In this document: piece by piece, positions 29,960 to 37,758 of the stretch | Position numbering within the stretch: the first letter of the stretch is position 1 | Layout: the number at the start of each line of letters is the position of its first letter | Source: an uncultured Alphaproteobacteria bacterium | GTDB taxonomy: Bacteria > Pseudomonadota > Alphaproteobacteria > Sphingomonadales > Sphingomonadaceae | Length of the DNA stretch: 64,000 nucleotides | Direction: 5' to 3' | Assembly (NCBI GenBank): GCA_963800335.1 | Contig: CAWDAN010000006.1 | Coordinates: 13,659-77,658, forward strand | Program-made: the position numbers and the translations under genes | The notes under the pieces: generated by a model | Seen by the model: the letters and a program-made list of their open reading frames with translations, nothing else | The model's database searches: none | What the model was told of the DNA's origin: nothing

Positions 29960-29989
29960 TCGCATTTCGAACTTCGGCCCGAAGCGGCG

Positions 29990-30175
29990 CTAGAAATCGA
30001 TCGCGATGCCGTTGCGTTCCCAGTCGCCATAGCGGACCGGGTCGGTGCCGAGCGGATCGTTGTCGAGATCGACGCGCGCCGGCTTGGGTGGCGGCGTGTT
30101 GGTCCAGCGCGCCGGTGGCCGCACCGTATCGGGGCGTTTGGTGGCGCGAGGGCGGGAAGCGGCATCGTCGGTCAT
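29990..30175 (-). CDS. DUF1674 domain protein (SdhAF4-like, 61 aa)
   Basis: Internal ATG 30175 of ORF 29990..30394. The C-terminal motif VRYGDWERNGIAIDF is the DUF1674 hallmark (YGDWE.[KN]G..[IC]DF). Confidence 0.75.
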   Translation of the reverse strand: MTDDAASRPRATKRPDTVRPPARWTNTPPPKPARVDLDNDPLGTDPVRYGDWERNGIAIDF

Positions 30176-30267
30176 GTCATCGATATAGGCGTTGTGCCCG
30201 CTTGGCGAAAGGCCGCGCATGCGCGCAAATGCTTGGCGCGCCGCTCGCGCTGGCCTAGGGCGGCGCG

Positions 30268-31623
30268 ATGGCGCATCCTCCCCGACAGAACCGTCCCGAT
30301 CAATCGCAGGCCTGGCGTGGGCCGAAACGGCCGCGCCCCAAGCGCGAGACCGAAACGCGCGAGGTGCCGGGGCTTCCCGCACGCCGCGCGGCATTGAAGA
30401 TCATCGACGCGGTGCTGCATCGCGGCGAGTCGCTCGACCGCGTCGCCAACGGCGCAACGCAGGGCATGCCGGCGCAGGCCGACCGTGCACTGGCTATCGC
30501 CATCGCGATCGAGGTACTGCGCCATTTGCCCGCGCTCGACGCGCTGATCGACGGCGCGATGCGCAATCCAGTCGACAGCAACGTCAAGGTGCGTTCGGTC
30601 ATGCGGCTCGCGCTCGTCCAGCATTTCAAGATGGCGACCCCGCCGCACGCGATCCTCGCGACCGCCCTGCCGTTGCTCGAGGGCGGCCCGCGCCGGCTGG
30701 CGCACGGCGTGCTCGGCACGATTTTCCGTTCCGAAGCAAGGCTGCCCGAGATCGCCGAATTGCCGCAGCCCGTCGCCGAACGCTGGCAGGCAGCATGGGG
30801 CGATGCGATGGTCGCTGCGGCGAGCGAGGCGTTCGGCCACCAGCCGCCGATCGACCTGACGCTGCGCGACGCAGGCGAGACTGAGCAATGGACCGAGACG
30901 CTCGGCGGGACGAGCCTGATGCCCGGACATGTCCGGCTCGACACGCCCGGATCGATCGCTGCGCTCGACGGCTACGACGCGGGCGCCTGGTGGGTCCAGG
31001 ATATCGCCGCGGCGATCCCCGCGCGCTTGCTCGGGAGCGGCGATGGCAAGACCGTGCTCGACCTGTGCGCCGCACCGGGGGGAAAGAGCCTGCAACTCGC
31101 CGCCGCCGGATGGAATGTGGTTGCGGTCGACAAGTCGGCCAAGCGGCTCGAACGCATGGCCGAAAATATCGCGCGCTCGGGCCTGACGGTCGCAACGACC
31201 GCCGCCGATATCCTCGAATGGCAGCCCGAGCGACAAGCCGACGCGGTGTTGCTCGATGCGCCGTGCAGCGCGACCGGCATTTTCCGGCGCCATCCCGATG
31301 TCCTCTACCGCGTCCGCGACGATGATATCGCCGCGCTCGCCGAACTCCAGGCCGCGACGCTCGCGCGCGCTGCGCAATGGGTGAAGCCCGGCGGCAGCCT
31401 GATCTACGCGACCTGCTCGCTTGAACCCGCCGAAGGCGAGGCGCAGGCAAGGGCCTTTGTTGCGGCGCATGACGGTTGGTCGATCGACCCGATCGCGGCC
31501 GACGAAGTTGCGCCGGGGATGACGATCGCGCCCGAGGGCTGGCTCAGGATTGCGCCGCCGATGCTCGCCGAAGAGGGCGGCGCCGACGGCTTTTTCATCG
31601 TACGGCTGACGCGCGCGAAATAA
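30268..31623 (+). CDS. rsmB: 16S rRNA (cytosine-C5)-methyltransferase, RsmB/Sun family
   Basis: N-terminal NusB-like domain (ARRAALKIIDAVL), SAM site LDLCAAPGGKSLQLA, catalytic cysteines (DAPCSATG, YATCSLEPAEGE). Confidence 0.85.
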   Translation: MAHPPRQNRPDQSQAWRGPKRPRPKRETETREVPGLPARRAALKIIDAVLHRGESLDRVANGATQGMPAQADRALAIAIAIEVLRHLPALDALIDGAMRNPVDSNVKVRSVMRLALVQHFKMATPPHAILATALPLLEGGPRRLAHGVLGTIFRSEARLPEIAELPQPVAERWQAAWGDAMVAAASEAFGHQPPIDLTLRDAGETEQWTETLGGTSLMPGHVRLDTPGSIAALDGYDAGAWWVQDIAAAIPARLLGSGDGKTVLDLCAAPGGKSLQLAAAGWNVVAVDKSAKRLERMAENIARSGLTVATTAADILEWQPERQADAVLLDAPCSATGIFRRHPDVLYRVRDDDIAALAELQAATLARAAQWVKPGGSLIYATCSLEPAEGEAQARAFVAAHDGWSIDPIAADEVAPGMTIAPEGWLRIAPPMLAEEGGADGFFIVRLTRAK

Positions 31624-31633
31624 TTATCGACTT

Positions 31634-31694
31634 GCGCTCGCCCTGAGCTCGTCGAAGGGGATCGCGGGGGCTTCGACAGGCTCAGCCTGAGCGC
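31634..31694. repeat. REP-like imperfect palindrome (61 nt) downstream of rsmB
   Basis: GCGCTCGCCCTGAGCTCGTCGAAG ... CTTCGACAGGCTCAGCCTGAGCGC. The arms pair over about 20 bp with a few mismatches. No T-tract follows. It resembles intergenic palindromic repeats common in sphingomonad genomes (from memory, not searched). Confidence 0.5.
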
Positions 31695-31744
31695 TGTCGG
31701 GACAATCCGCTCTTGCGTGAGAGCGCCCAAGCGGCCTAAAATCG

Positions 31745-31950
31745 TACCCATGTGATGGGTTCCCCTTTAGCCGGGGGAAGCAAAAGGGAAGCCGGTGCGG
31801 TCGAAAGACTTAATCCGGCGCTGCTCCCGCAACTGTCATCGGAGAGCCCAAGCGCCTCTTTGCCACTGGAGACATCCGGGAAGGCGAGGCGCGACGCGGG
31901 CGGCGACCCGAGAGCCAGGAGACCTGCCCGTCGCGTCGTTCCTTCGCGCG
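31745..31950 (+). promoter_or_regulatory. cobalamin (AdoCbl) riboswitch
   Basis: Conserved core AAAAGGGAAGCCGGTGCGG...AATCCGGCGCTGCTCCCGCAACTGT...GCCACTGG...GGGAAGGCG and B12 box AGCCAGGAGACCTGCC. Downstream, TTTTCCTCGCG can pair with CGCGAGGGGA, which covers the RBS of the receptor gene. Confidence 0.88.
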
Positions 31951-32045
31951 GACGGGTGTGCCGGGCGGACGAGGGTTTTCCTCGCGTGAGCGATGTCCGG
32001 ACGGCGCGGTGTCGTCCGGATCGACAACGCGAGGGGACACGAGAC

Positions 32046-33974
32046 ATGAAATCGATACAGTATCTGGCAACGGCGGTTGTGCTGGCGCAGGCCGCGCCCG
32101 GCTGGGCGCAGGCCATCGCGCCCGACGATATCGCCTCCGGCACACAAATCGTCGTCACCGCGACGCGGTCGAGCGAGGTTGAGCCGATCGACCGGAGCGG
32201 AAATTCGGTGACCGTCATCGATGCCACCGCGATCGACCATCGCGAGGGGCGCAGCGTTGCCGAACTGCTGCGCGACGTGCCCGGCGTTGCGGTCGGCGCG
32301 ACCCCCGGCCAGACGCAGCTGCGCCTGCGCGGCAGCGAGGCGAACCACGTCCTCGTGCTGATCGACGGGATCGAGGTGTCCGATCCGTTCGCGGGCGAAT
32401 TCGACTTTGCCGGCCTGACCGCCGAACCGGGCGCTCGGATCGAGGTGCTGCGCGGCCAGCAAAGCGCACTCTATGGCTCCGACGCAATCGGCGGCGTCGT
32501 CCAGTATATCACTGCGTCGGGACGCGATGCACCCGGACTGAGCGCGCGCGCCGAGGCGGGAACGTTCGGCTCACTCGGCGCAGCCGCGCGCGGGGCAGGG
32601 GTTTCGGGCGCGTTCGATTATGCGATGACGGGCAGCTACACGACGAGCGACGGCAGCCCGGGCGCGCGCGGTGGCAGCCGCAATCTCGGTAGCGACAGCC
32701 GCGGCCTGGCGTTCAAATCGAACCTCGCCATCGCTCCCAACGCGCGCCTGACCGCGGTATTGCGCTATGCGCGCAACGCGGGCGATTTCAACGATGTCGG
32801 AAGCGATCCCGCCAGCCCCGATTTCGGCCTGATCGTCGATACGCCGGGGCTGCGCTTCATCAACTCGGCGCGCTACGCGTTGCTTCGCGGCGAGATCGAT
32901 CTTGCCGACGGCACGTGGAAACAGGTCGTGAGCGCGCAGGTTGCCGACAGCGTACGCGACACCTATCGCAGCGATGTCCGTACGTCGGGAAGCGAGGGGC
33001 GGCGCTACAAGGGATCGTATGAAAGCACGCTCCACTTTGGCACGGGCGCCGTCGCGCATCGCGTCACGCTGGCAGTCGATGCCGAGCGCGAAACCGCCCG
33101 CAATACCGACCCGACCGGCATGGCCTTCACCGGCCAACGCGATTTCGAAAATCTCGGGCTCGTCGGCGAATATGCGCTGGCGATGGGTCAGGGGTTCGCC
33201 TTCGGCGCGGCGGTCCGACACGACGTCAACAACCGCTTTGCCGACGTCACGACATATCGCCTCAACGGATCGGCGCGCATCGCCGCCGATACGCGGGCCC
33301 ACGCGGCGTTCGGCACCGGCGTCAAGAATCCCGGCTTCTACGAGCTCTACGGCTATTTCGACGGACGCTTCATCGGCAATCCGGGGCTGAAGCCAGAACG
33401 CTCGACCGGCTGGGAAGCGGGCATCGAACAACGCTTTGCCGCGGATCGCGTGACGATCGGCGCGACCTGGTTCCAAAGCCGCCTGACCGACGAGATCTTC
33501 ATCACCTACCCACCGCCCAGCTTCGTGCCGACGCCAGGAAATCGCGCCGAGGTGTCGCGCCAGCGCGGCATCGAAGCTTATGCGAAGGCTCACTTGAGCC
33601 CGGCCTGGCGGATCGACGGGGCCTATACCTGGCTGCACGCGCGCGAGAACGGCGTCGAGGAAGTCCGGCGTCCGGCGCATAGCGCAAGCCTTGCGGTCGA
33701 CTGGACGCCCGTCGGCAGCAGCTTCGCGGCGACGATCGTCGCACGCTATACCGGGCGCCGGCGCGATGTCGCCTTCACCGATCCTTCCTTCGTGCCGCTA
33801 ACGGTGACTCTCGACGACTATCTGCTCGTCAACGCGAGCGCGCGATACGACGTCGACGCGCGCTTCACGCTGTTCGCGCGGACCGAAAACCTGTTTTCTG
33901 CAGACTATGAAGACGTGTTTAGCTATGCGACGCCCGGTCGCAGCGCGCATATAGGCATCAAGGCCCGGTTCTGA
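32046..33974 (+). CDS. btuB: TonB-dependent vitamin B12 receptor (BtuB-type)
   Basis: ATG 32046 follows RBS GAGGGGA. Signal peptide, TonB box IVVTATRS, plug and 22-strand barrel motifs, C-terminal ...IGIKARF. The listed 31752 start reads through the riboswitch. Confidence 0.88.
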   Translation: MKSIQYLATAVVLAQAAPGWAQAIAPDDIASGTQIVVTATRSSEVEPIDRSGNSVTVIDATAIDHREGRSVAELLRDVPGVAVGATPGQTQLRLRGSEANHVLVLIDGIEVSDPFAGEFDFAGLTAEPGARIEVLRGQQSALYGSDAIGGVVQYITASGRDAPGLSARAEAGTFGSLGAAARGAGVSGAFDYAMTGSYTTSDGSPGARGGSRNLGSDSRGLAFKSNLAIAPNARLTAVLRYARNAGDFNDVGSDPASPDFGLIVDTPGLRFINSARYALLRGEIDLADGTWKQVVSAQVADSVRDTYRSDVRTSGSEGRRYKGSYESTLHFGTGAVAHRVTLAVDAERETARNTDPTGMAFTGQRDFENLGLVGEYALAMGQGFAFGAAVRHDVNNRFADVTTYRLNGSARIAADTRAHAAFGTGVKNPGFYELYGYFDGRFIGNPGLKPERSTGWEAGIEQRFAADRVTIGATWFQSRLTDEIFITYPPPSFVPTPGNRAEVSRQRGIEAYAKAHLSPAWRIDGAYTWLHARENGVEEVRRPAHSASLAVDWTPVGSSFAATIVARYTGRRRDVAFTDPSFVPLTVTLDDYLLVNASARYDVDARFTLFARTENLFSADYEDVFSYATPGRSAHIGIKARF

Positions 33975-33995
33975 CCGGCATCAAGGAGTGAAAAG

Positions 33996-34556
33996 ATGAC
34001 GATGACCAAATCGAACCAGGCGCTGTTGTGGACCGGTGTCCTCGCGGTGGCGACCGTCGCCGGCGCGCCCGCCGCCGCCTGCGTGCTGCCTTTTGCCGCG
34101 ACCGCCGCGGTCGCCGCGTTCACGCTCGACATCCGGCGCGCACTGGCCGCGATCGGCCTCGTCTGGCTGCTCAATCAGGCGATCGGCTATGGCCTGATGG
34201 ACTATCCGGTGACGCAATATTCGATCGGCTGGGGTGCCGCATTGCTCGGCGCCAGCGTCGCCGCGCTGGTCGCAGCGCGCTTCGTGCGCAGCGCGATCAC
34301 CCAGTGGGTCGGCGACACGACGAACGATGTCGCTGCAATGGCCGCGGGCTTTGGTGCCGCGTTCGTCGTCTATGAAGGTTCGCTGTTCGCGCTGGCGCAG
34401 TTCGCCGGCGGACTCGACACGTTTGCGCCCAACATCGTCGCGACGATCGGGCTCAACGACACGCTCTGGTTCGCGCTGCTGATGGGATTGCGCTGGGTAG
34501 TCGTCAACGCCGCGCCCGCCAGCTTCGGTGAGCGTGCGGTCGTGCGTTCGATTTAG
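33996..34556 (+). CDS. small 6-TM membrane protein co-transcribed with btuB (function unknown)
   Basis: RBS AAGGAG lies 21 nt after the btuB stop. 186 aa with about six hydrophobic helices and no soluble domain. Size and topology resemble ECF S-component-like solitary vitamin transporters. Confidence 0.6.
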   Translation: MTMTKSNQALLWTGVLAVATVAGAPAAACVLPFAATAAVAAFTLDIRRALAAIGLVWLLNQAIGYGLMDYPVTQYSIGWGAALLGASVAALVAARFVRSAITQWVGDTTNDVAAMAAGFGAAFVVYEGSLFALAQFAGGLDTFAPNIVATIGLNDTLWFALLMGLRWVVVNAAPASFGERAVVRSI

Positions 34557-34563
34557 TCGGCAG

Positions 34564-35907
34564 CTAGGCCGCTTTCCACGCAAAGCTCTGCGGCGACGGT
34601 TCGTCATCGTGCGGCGCGATACCCGGCGCGGCCGTCGCGGGTCCGTTCCACATGTGCTGCAGGACGGTGCGATTGATCGTGCCGACCGGCTGCATGACAT
34701 ATTCTATCAGTGAAGCCGGGTCTTCGGCGCGCCAGGTCCGCGGATCCACCTTCGCGACGATGTGCGCATGGTTGGCGCGAAGACCCAGGACGAGGTCCTC
34801 GGGCTGCTCGATCGTGTCGCGCAGCGTGTCGTAGAACGTCCGCACGAGGGGTGGCGAATTGTCGGTCTTGGCGGGCATGACCACCGCGAGCTGGCCGGTA
34901 TCGAGCTTGACCACCGATGCCAGCGGGAAGACGCGGATCGCCTGGAAGAAGGTGAAGAGCAGGTCGGGATCGAAGCATCCGTCCCAATTCTGCATTTCGC
35001 CGACCGCCCGTTGCGGCGTCCATGCCTCCTTGTACGGGCGCTGGGAGGTCAGCGCATCGTAAACGTCGCAGATTGCGCCCATTCGCGCAGGCAGGCTGAT
35101 TTTCGGCCCCAACAGACCCTCGGGATAGCCCTTGCCATCCATCCGTTCGTGATGGTGGAGGCACACTTCGATCGCGCAGTCGGAGACGCCCGGCAATTCG
35201 CGCAGGAGGTCGGCGCCCTTCACGGCATGTTCCTTGACGATCGCGAACTCGCTTTCGGTCAAGTTATCCGCCTTATTGAGGATATCTGCGGGAACGTTGA
35301 TCTTGCCGATGTCGTGGAGCAATCCGGCGACACCCAGGCGGACGACGTGGTCCTGGGCGAGCCGCTGTTGCCGCGCCAGCTTGATCATCAGCGTGCAGAC
35401 CGCGACCGAATGGAGATAGGTGTATTCATCCTTGTTCTTCAGCCGCAGCATGTTGATCAACGTCACCGAATCCTGGACGACGGCGTTGCAAATATCTTCG
35501 GCGACCGTGTCGGCGAGCGAAAGGTCGATCGCGGCTCCCGACTGGACCTGGTCGAACAGGGTTTTCACGAGGCGCTTTGAAGTATCGATTGTTTCGATTG
35601 CGCGTTCGCGCTTGCCGAACGTCCGCGGCGCCTTGGCCGAAGCGAAGCGCGCCTGGGGTGCGCGGGACGCAGGTGCCAAAGCGGCAACTGGCTGGACTTC
35701 GGGCGTTGCGCTCTCGTCAGGGATGTCGATGCCGAGGTCGGTATCGATGACAAGCGTCTCGATCCCGCTTTCGATAAATGCCGCAACCTGGTCGCTCGTC
35801 TTGATCTTGAGCCGGCTACGCCAGAAGGGGTTGGAGAACCACGAACCGCCGACCGAATCGACGAACATACCAATCTTGAGCTGGCTGACAGGGATTTCTC
35901 GTTTCAT
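34564..35907 (-). CDS. HD-GYP domain c-di-GMP phosphodiesterase with DUF3391-type N-terminus
   Basis: N-terminus MKREIPVSQLKIGMFVDSVGGSWF (DUF3391-like). HD-GYP core LLHDIGKINVP ... HHERMDGKGYPEGL. Confidence 0.85.
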   Translation of the reverse strand: MKREIPVSQLKIGMFVDSVGGSWFSNPFWRSRLKIKTSDQVAAFIESGIETLVIDTDLGIDIPDESATPEVQPVAALAPASRAPQARFASAKAPRTFGKRERAIETIDTSKRLVKTLFDQVQSGAAIDLSLADTVAEDICNAVVQDSVTLINMLRLKNKDEYTYLHSVAVCTLMIKLARQQRLAQDHVVRLGVAGLLHDIGKINVPADILNKADNLTESEFAIVKEHAVKGADLLRELPGVSDCAIEVCLHHHERMDGKGYPEGLLGPKISLPARMGAICDVYDALTSQRPYKEAWTPQRAVGEMQNWDGCFDPDLLFTFFQAIRVFPLASVVKLDTGQLAVVMPAKTDNSPPLVRTFYDTLRDTIEQPEDLVLGLRANHAHIVAKVDPRTWRAEDPASLIEYVMQPVGTINRTVLQHMWNGPATAAPGIAPHDDEPSPQSFAWKAA

Positions 35908-36137
35908 CGCCTTGCCTTAGGAAATGAAAACTAAAATTGTCTAAATATCGGGCGACAATTGCGGACGATCGCGGTTCCTTGCGAAGGATCGCGGCCAAGT
36001 GTGGAAAATAACTGCGTTATTGCGCTCTCAATTCGAATCAAGGTGGTCAAGGCATTGGTTAATCCGCTGACAGCTCTGTTTGCCGGCAATTCCCTGCCAC
36101 CGGTCGGGGAGAGCGATCGGCGGATTTCGGAGCATTT

Positions 36138-36153
36138 CGGCAAGGCATTGCCG
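36138..36153. promoter_or_regulatory. perfect palindrome CGGCAA-GGCA-TTGCCG upstream of the sigma-54 activator gene
   Basis: 6+6 bp inverted repeat with a 4-nt spacer, 143 nt upstream of the start at 36296. The same arms and spacing recur twice at 62572..62605. A related TTGCCGGCAA lies at 36080..36089. Confidence 0.45.
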
Positions 36154-36295
36154 CTATTAGGCAAGTTTTTTCCGCACTTAGGCCCACGTTAAAGGTTTCG
36201 TTAACCAATTCCCCGTTACTTCGGTCTCAGCGGATCGCAGGGCCACTCGAACAGCCCGCCCGGTCCCCGACAAAAACAAGAAGACTGCTGGGGGG

Positions 36296-37318
36296 TTGCC
36301 GGTGCCACATAAGATTATTTCCGAACTCGTGATTGGCGACAGTGAGGCAATCTCCTCGGTCCGCACAATGATCCGTTTTTCGATCAATGCCCGGGCAAGT
36401 GTGATGATCACCGGACCTTCGGGCTGTGGTAAGGAAGTTGTCGCCCAGGCCATCCATCGCGCCTCGCCGCGCAAGGACCAGCCCTTCATCGCGGTCAACA
36501 GCGGTGCGATCGCGGCAGACCTCATCGAGTCTGAGCTGTTCGGCCATGAAAGCGGCAGCTTCACCGGCGCGACGGGCCGCCATGTCGGCCTGTTCGAACA
36601 GGCCAATGGCGGCACGCTGTTCCTTGACGAGATCGGCGAGATGCCGCTCGCACTCCAGGTCAAGCTCCTGCGCGTGATCGAGGAACGCTCGATCCGCCGC
36701 GTCGGCGGGACCAAGCAGATCCCGGTCGATGTCCGCATCATCGCCGCGACCAATCGCGACTTGCAGCAGGAAATCGCCAACGGCAGCTTCCGCGAGGACC
36801 TGTTCTATCGCCTGTGCGTCATTCCCATCAAGATTCCCTCGCTGGCCGCCCGTCCCGAAGACGTCGGCCCGCTCGTCGCGCATTTCATCAATTTGATCGA
36901 GCCCGGCGAAGAACGCCCGGTGCTGAGCGAAGCGGCGATCGAACGCCTGTGTGCCTACAATTGGCCGGGCAACGTGCGCGAACTGCGCAATGTCGTCGAA
37001 CGCGCCGGAATTTTCTTCCCCGGCCAGACGATCGGTCGCGAAGAGGTCGAACTCCTCCTCGCCGAAACGTCGGTTGTGCCGATGTTCCTCCATACCGCCG
37101 ATCGCCCCGAGGCAATGGTGGCTAATGTCGAATTCGCCGAAGGTTTCTCGCTTCAGGACCATTTGCAGGCCGAAGAACGCCGGCTGTTGGTCGATGCGCT
37201 CGTCGAATGCGGCGGCGTGATCGCCCAGGCGGCGCGCCTCGTCGACGTCCAGCGCACGACTTTTGTCGAAAAGATGCGGCGTCACAATATCTCGCGCGAC
37301 GAACGCCAGGTCGCCTGA
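36296..37318 (+). CDS. sigma-54-dependent transcriptional activator lacking an N-terminal regulatory domain
   Basis: The AAA+ core starts at about residue 10 (LVIGDSEAISSVR..., Walker A GPSGCGKE, GSFTGA loop, Walker B LFLDEIGEM, R-finger RVIEERSIRRVGG). C-terminal HTH (GGVIAQAARLVDVQRTTFVEKMRRHNI). TTG start; GTG 36302 is an alternative. Confidence 0.85.
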   Translation: MPVPHKIISELVIGDSEAISSVRTMIRFSINARASVMITGPSGCGKEVVAQAIHRASPRKDQPFIAVNSGAIAADLIESELFGHESGSFTGATGRHVGLFEQANGGTLFLDEIGEMPLALQVKLLRVIEERSIRRVGGTKQIPVDVRIIAATNRDLQQEIANGSFREDLFYRLCVIPIKIPSLAARPEDVGPLVAHFINLIEPGEERPVLSEAAIERLCAYNWPGNVRELRNVVERAGIFFPGQTIGREEVELLLAETSVVPMFLHTADRPEAMVANVEFAEGFSLQDHLQAEERRLLVDALVECGGVIAQAARLVDVQRTTFVEKMRRHNISRDERQVA

Positions 37319-37345
37319 TCGATTGCCGCGCGGACCTTTCGGGTC

Positions 37346-37738
37346 TTAGCGCTTGCCGATCTCGGTCCAGGCGTCGGCCACTTCCGAAATGATATCACGC
37401 GCGGCCTGCAATTTCGCGGCCGCCTCTTCGCCGCGAGCATCGTTGAGACAGTTCGACGCTTCGCGATAGACGATCGCGAGCGCTGTCGAGATATCGCCGC
37501 CACGCTCGAAATCGAGGCTTTCTTCCAGCGCATTGAGGATGTCCGACGCCTTTGCGCGCGATTGCAGCATCGCCGCGATATCGCCGCGATCGACGCACCG
37601 CGCCGCGCGATCGATGCGCAGCAACAGCTGTTCGAACAGGATCGCGACCAGTTCGTGCGGCGAGGCGGCCGCGACCCGGCTGGTTGCGTCAAGGGCGCCA
37701 TAGCTCTGCGCCACGCTGCGATTGCCCGCGTAATACAT
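37346..37738 (-). CDS. fliS: flagellar export chaperone FliS
   Basis: 130-aa four-helix protein (SPHELVAILFEQLLLRIDRA..., ALAIVYREASNCL). Immediately downstream of fliD. Confidence 0.85.
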   Translation of the reverse strand: MYYAGNRSVAQSYGALDATSRVAAASPHELVAILFEQLLLRIDRAARCVDRGDIAAMLQSRAKASDILNALEESLDFERGGDISTALAIVYREASNCLNDARGEEAAAKLQAARDIISEVADAWTEIGKR

Positions 37739-37758
37739 CGTCGAATTCCTTGTCGATT

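Noticed and set aside
31752-32045. 98-codon N-terminal extension of the TonB receptor ORF
   Set aside because: The region is a cobalamin riboswitch. The true start at 32046 has an RBS and gives a proper signal peptide.
36138-36153. CGGCAA-N4-TTGCCG palindromes (also 62572..62605) as sigma-54 promoters
   Set aside because: The GG-to-GC distance is 11 nt rather than the invariant 12. The -24 box reads GGCAA, not GGCAC. The four genuine sites in the window all have the exact spacing.
36189-36204. TTAA-aggtttcg-TTAA upstream of the sigma-54 activator as a CtrA box
   Set aside because: The spacer is 8 nt, whereas the CtrA consensus is TTAA-N7-TTAA. It is a single occurrence, so it is not supportable.
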